From positions 186,001 to 250,000 of the forward strand of contig NW_026867529.1 of the NCBI RefSeq assembly GCF_020745735.1: DNA of 64,000 nt. The letters are read 5' to 3'. Numbering within the stretch: position 1 is the stretch's first letter; every line of letters starts with the position of its first letter. The translations under genes were made by a program, and so were the position numbers. The notes under the pieces are model-generated. The model saw nothing but the letters and a program-made list of their open reading frames with translations, was not told the origin of the DNA and searched no databases. The DNA comes from Hemiscyllium ocellatum (lineage: Eukaryota). This document shows, in pieces, positions 62,501 to 64,000 of the stretch.

Positions 62501-64000
62501 GGGCGGCACTATCAGGAGTTTAGTTCTGAGGGAGGGCGGCACTGTGATGAGTTTAGTACTGAGGGAGGGCGGCACTATCAGGAGTTTAGTTCTGAGGGAG
62601 GGCGGCACTTTCAGGAGTTTATTACTGAGGGAGGGCCGCACTGTCAGGAGTTTAGTACTGAGGGAGGACCACACTGTCAGGAGTTTAGTACTGAGGCAGG
62701 TCCGCACTGTCAGGAGTTTAGTTCTGTGGGAGGGCCGTACTGTCTGGAGTTTAGTACTGAGGGAGGGCACCACTGTCAGGATTTTAGTTGTGAGGGAGGG
62801 CCGCACTGTCAGGAGTTTAGTACTGAGGGAGGGGCGCACTGTCATGAGTTTAGTACTGAGGGAGGGCCGCACTGTCAGGAGTTTAGTTGTGAGGGAGGTC
62901 CGCACAGTCAGGAGTTTAGTTGTGAGGGATGGCCGCACTGTCAGGATTTTAGTACTGAGGGAGGGCCGCACTGTCAGGAGTTTAGTTCTGAGGGAGGTGT
63001 GCAATGTCAGTGGTTTAGTTCTGAGGGAGGGCAGCACTGCCAGGAGTTTAGTACTGAGGGAGGTTCGCACTGTCAGGAGTTTAGTACTGAGGGAGGTTCG
63101 CACTGTCAGGAGTTTCGTTTTGAGGGATAGCTGCACTGTCAGGAGTTTAGTACTGAGGGAGGGCCGCACTGTCAGGAGTTTAGTACTGAGGGAGGGCCAC
63201 ACTGTCAGGAGTTTTGTACTGTGGGAGTGCCGCACTGTCAGGAGTTTAGTTCTGAGGGAGGGCCGCACTGTCAGGAGTTTAGTACTGAGGGAGGGCACCA
63301 CTGTCAGGAGTTTAGTACTGAGGGAGGGCCGCACTGTCAGGAGTTTAGTTCTGAACGAGGGCCGCACTGTCAGGTGTTTAGTTCTGAGGGAGGGCCGAAC
63401 TGTCAGGGGTTTAGTACTGAGGGAGGGGCGCACTGTCAGGAGTTTAGTACTGAGGGAGGGCCGCACAGTCAGGAGTTTCGTACTGAGGGAGGGCCACACT
63501 GTCAGGAGTTTAGTACTGAGGGAGGGCCGCACTGTCAGGATTTTAGTACCGAGGGAGGTTCGCACTGTCAGGAGTTTAGTACTGAGGGAGGGCCGCACTG
63601 TCAGGAGTTTAGTTCTGAGGGAGGTGTGCAATGTCAGTGGTTTAGTTCTGAGGGAGGGCGGCACTGTCAGGAGTTTAGTACTGAGGGATGGCCGCACTGT
63701 CAGGAGTTTAGTTCTGAGGGAGGTGTGCAATGTCAGTGGTTTAGTTCTGAGGGAGGGCAGCACTGCCAGGAGTTTAGTACTGAGGGAGGTCCACACTGTG
63801 AGGAGTTTAGTACTGAGTGAGGGCCGCACTGTCACGAATTTAGTACTGAGGGAGGGCCGCACTGTCAGGAGTTTAGTACTGAGGGAGGTTCGCACTGTCA
63901 GGAGTTTCGTTTTGAGGGATAGCTGCACTGTCAGGAGTTTAGTACTGAGGGAGGGCCGCACTGTCAGGAGTTTAGTACTGAGGGGGGGCCACACTGTCAG
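38551..64000. repeat. 33-bp satellite, homogeneous subfamily B (~770 monomers; continues past the window), with higher-order repeats
   Basis: Consensus GAGGGAGGGCCGCACTGTCAGGAGTTTAGTACT; 11-aa periodicity in all six ORF frames; identical ORF blocks at offsets 462, 1153 and 2599 bp. Confidence 0.99.

Noticed and set aside
35437-63994. Long ORFs up to 735 aa (EGGPHCQEFST, TVRPSLSTKLL, LREGRTVRSLV repeats), superficially Cys/His metal-binding or antifreeze-like proteins
   Set aside because: They are the translation of a 33-bp (multiple of 3) satellite. They are open on both strands at once, frames break at random indels, and there are no start, splice or terminal domains.
38551-64000. CACTGTC/CACAGTC in each monomer as an array of cryptic RSS heptamers
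   Set aside because: No nonamer-like sequence at 12 or 23 nt in the consensus; the similarity is limited to a short motif.
38551-64000. CRISPR-like array, or AGGGAGG as the complement of the human PRDM9 hotspot core CCTCCCT
   Set aside because: There are no unique spacers and the DNA is vertebrate. The PRDM9 motif is specific to human alleles, and a 7-mer match is uninformative.

Overview
Eukaryotic genomic DNA from a cartilaginous fish (a shark, judged from the VH sequence and the repeat families). The only gene is one immunoglobulin heavy-chain (IgM-type) mini-cluster on the minus strand at ~5.0-6.0 kb: TATA box, leader exon, intact VH exon, and a JH with splice donor. The C exons are not seen and presumably lie left of the window. 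The cluster is atypical. There is no free D segment. The V carries ~8 extra D-like bases before a 22-bp-spacer RSS, and the J carries ~12 extra D-like bases behind a 12-bp-spacer RSS only ~330 bp away. The best reading is a partially germline-joined 'VD1-D2J' cluster needing a single RAG join, with an in-frame TAG in the pre-joined D2J. From ~6 to 35 kb the DNA is decayed retroelements: CR1/HER1-type LINEs, HE1/V-type SINEs, Penelope-like elements whose terminal repeats carry hammerhead-ribozyme motifs, a probable solo LTR and minisatellites, with many nested insertions. From 35.4 kb to the end (28.6 kb) is a 33-bp satellite with a degenerate edge and a homogenised interior with higher-order repeats. 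It produces all the long ORFs in the track, and these are not genes. Repeat boundaries are read by eye and are approximate (about +/-10-30 bp) unless a junction is quoted.
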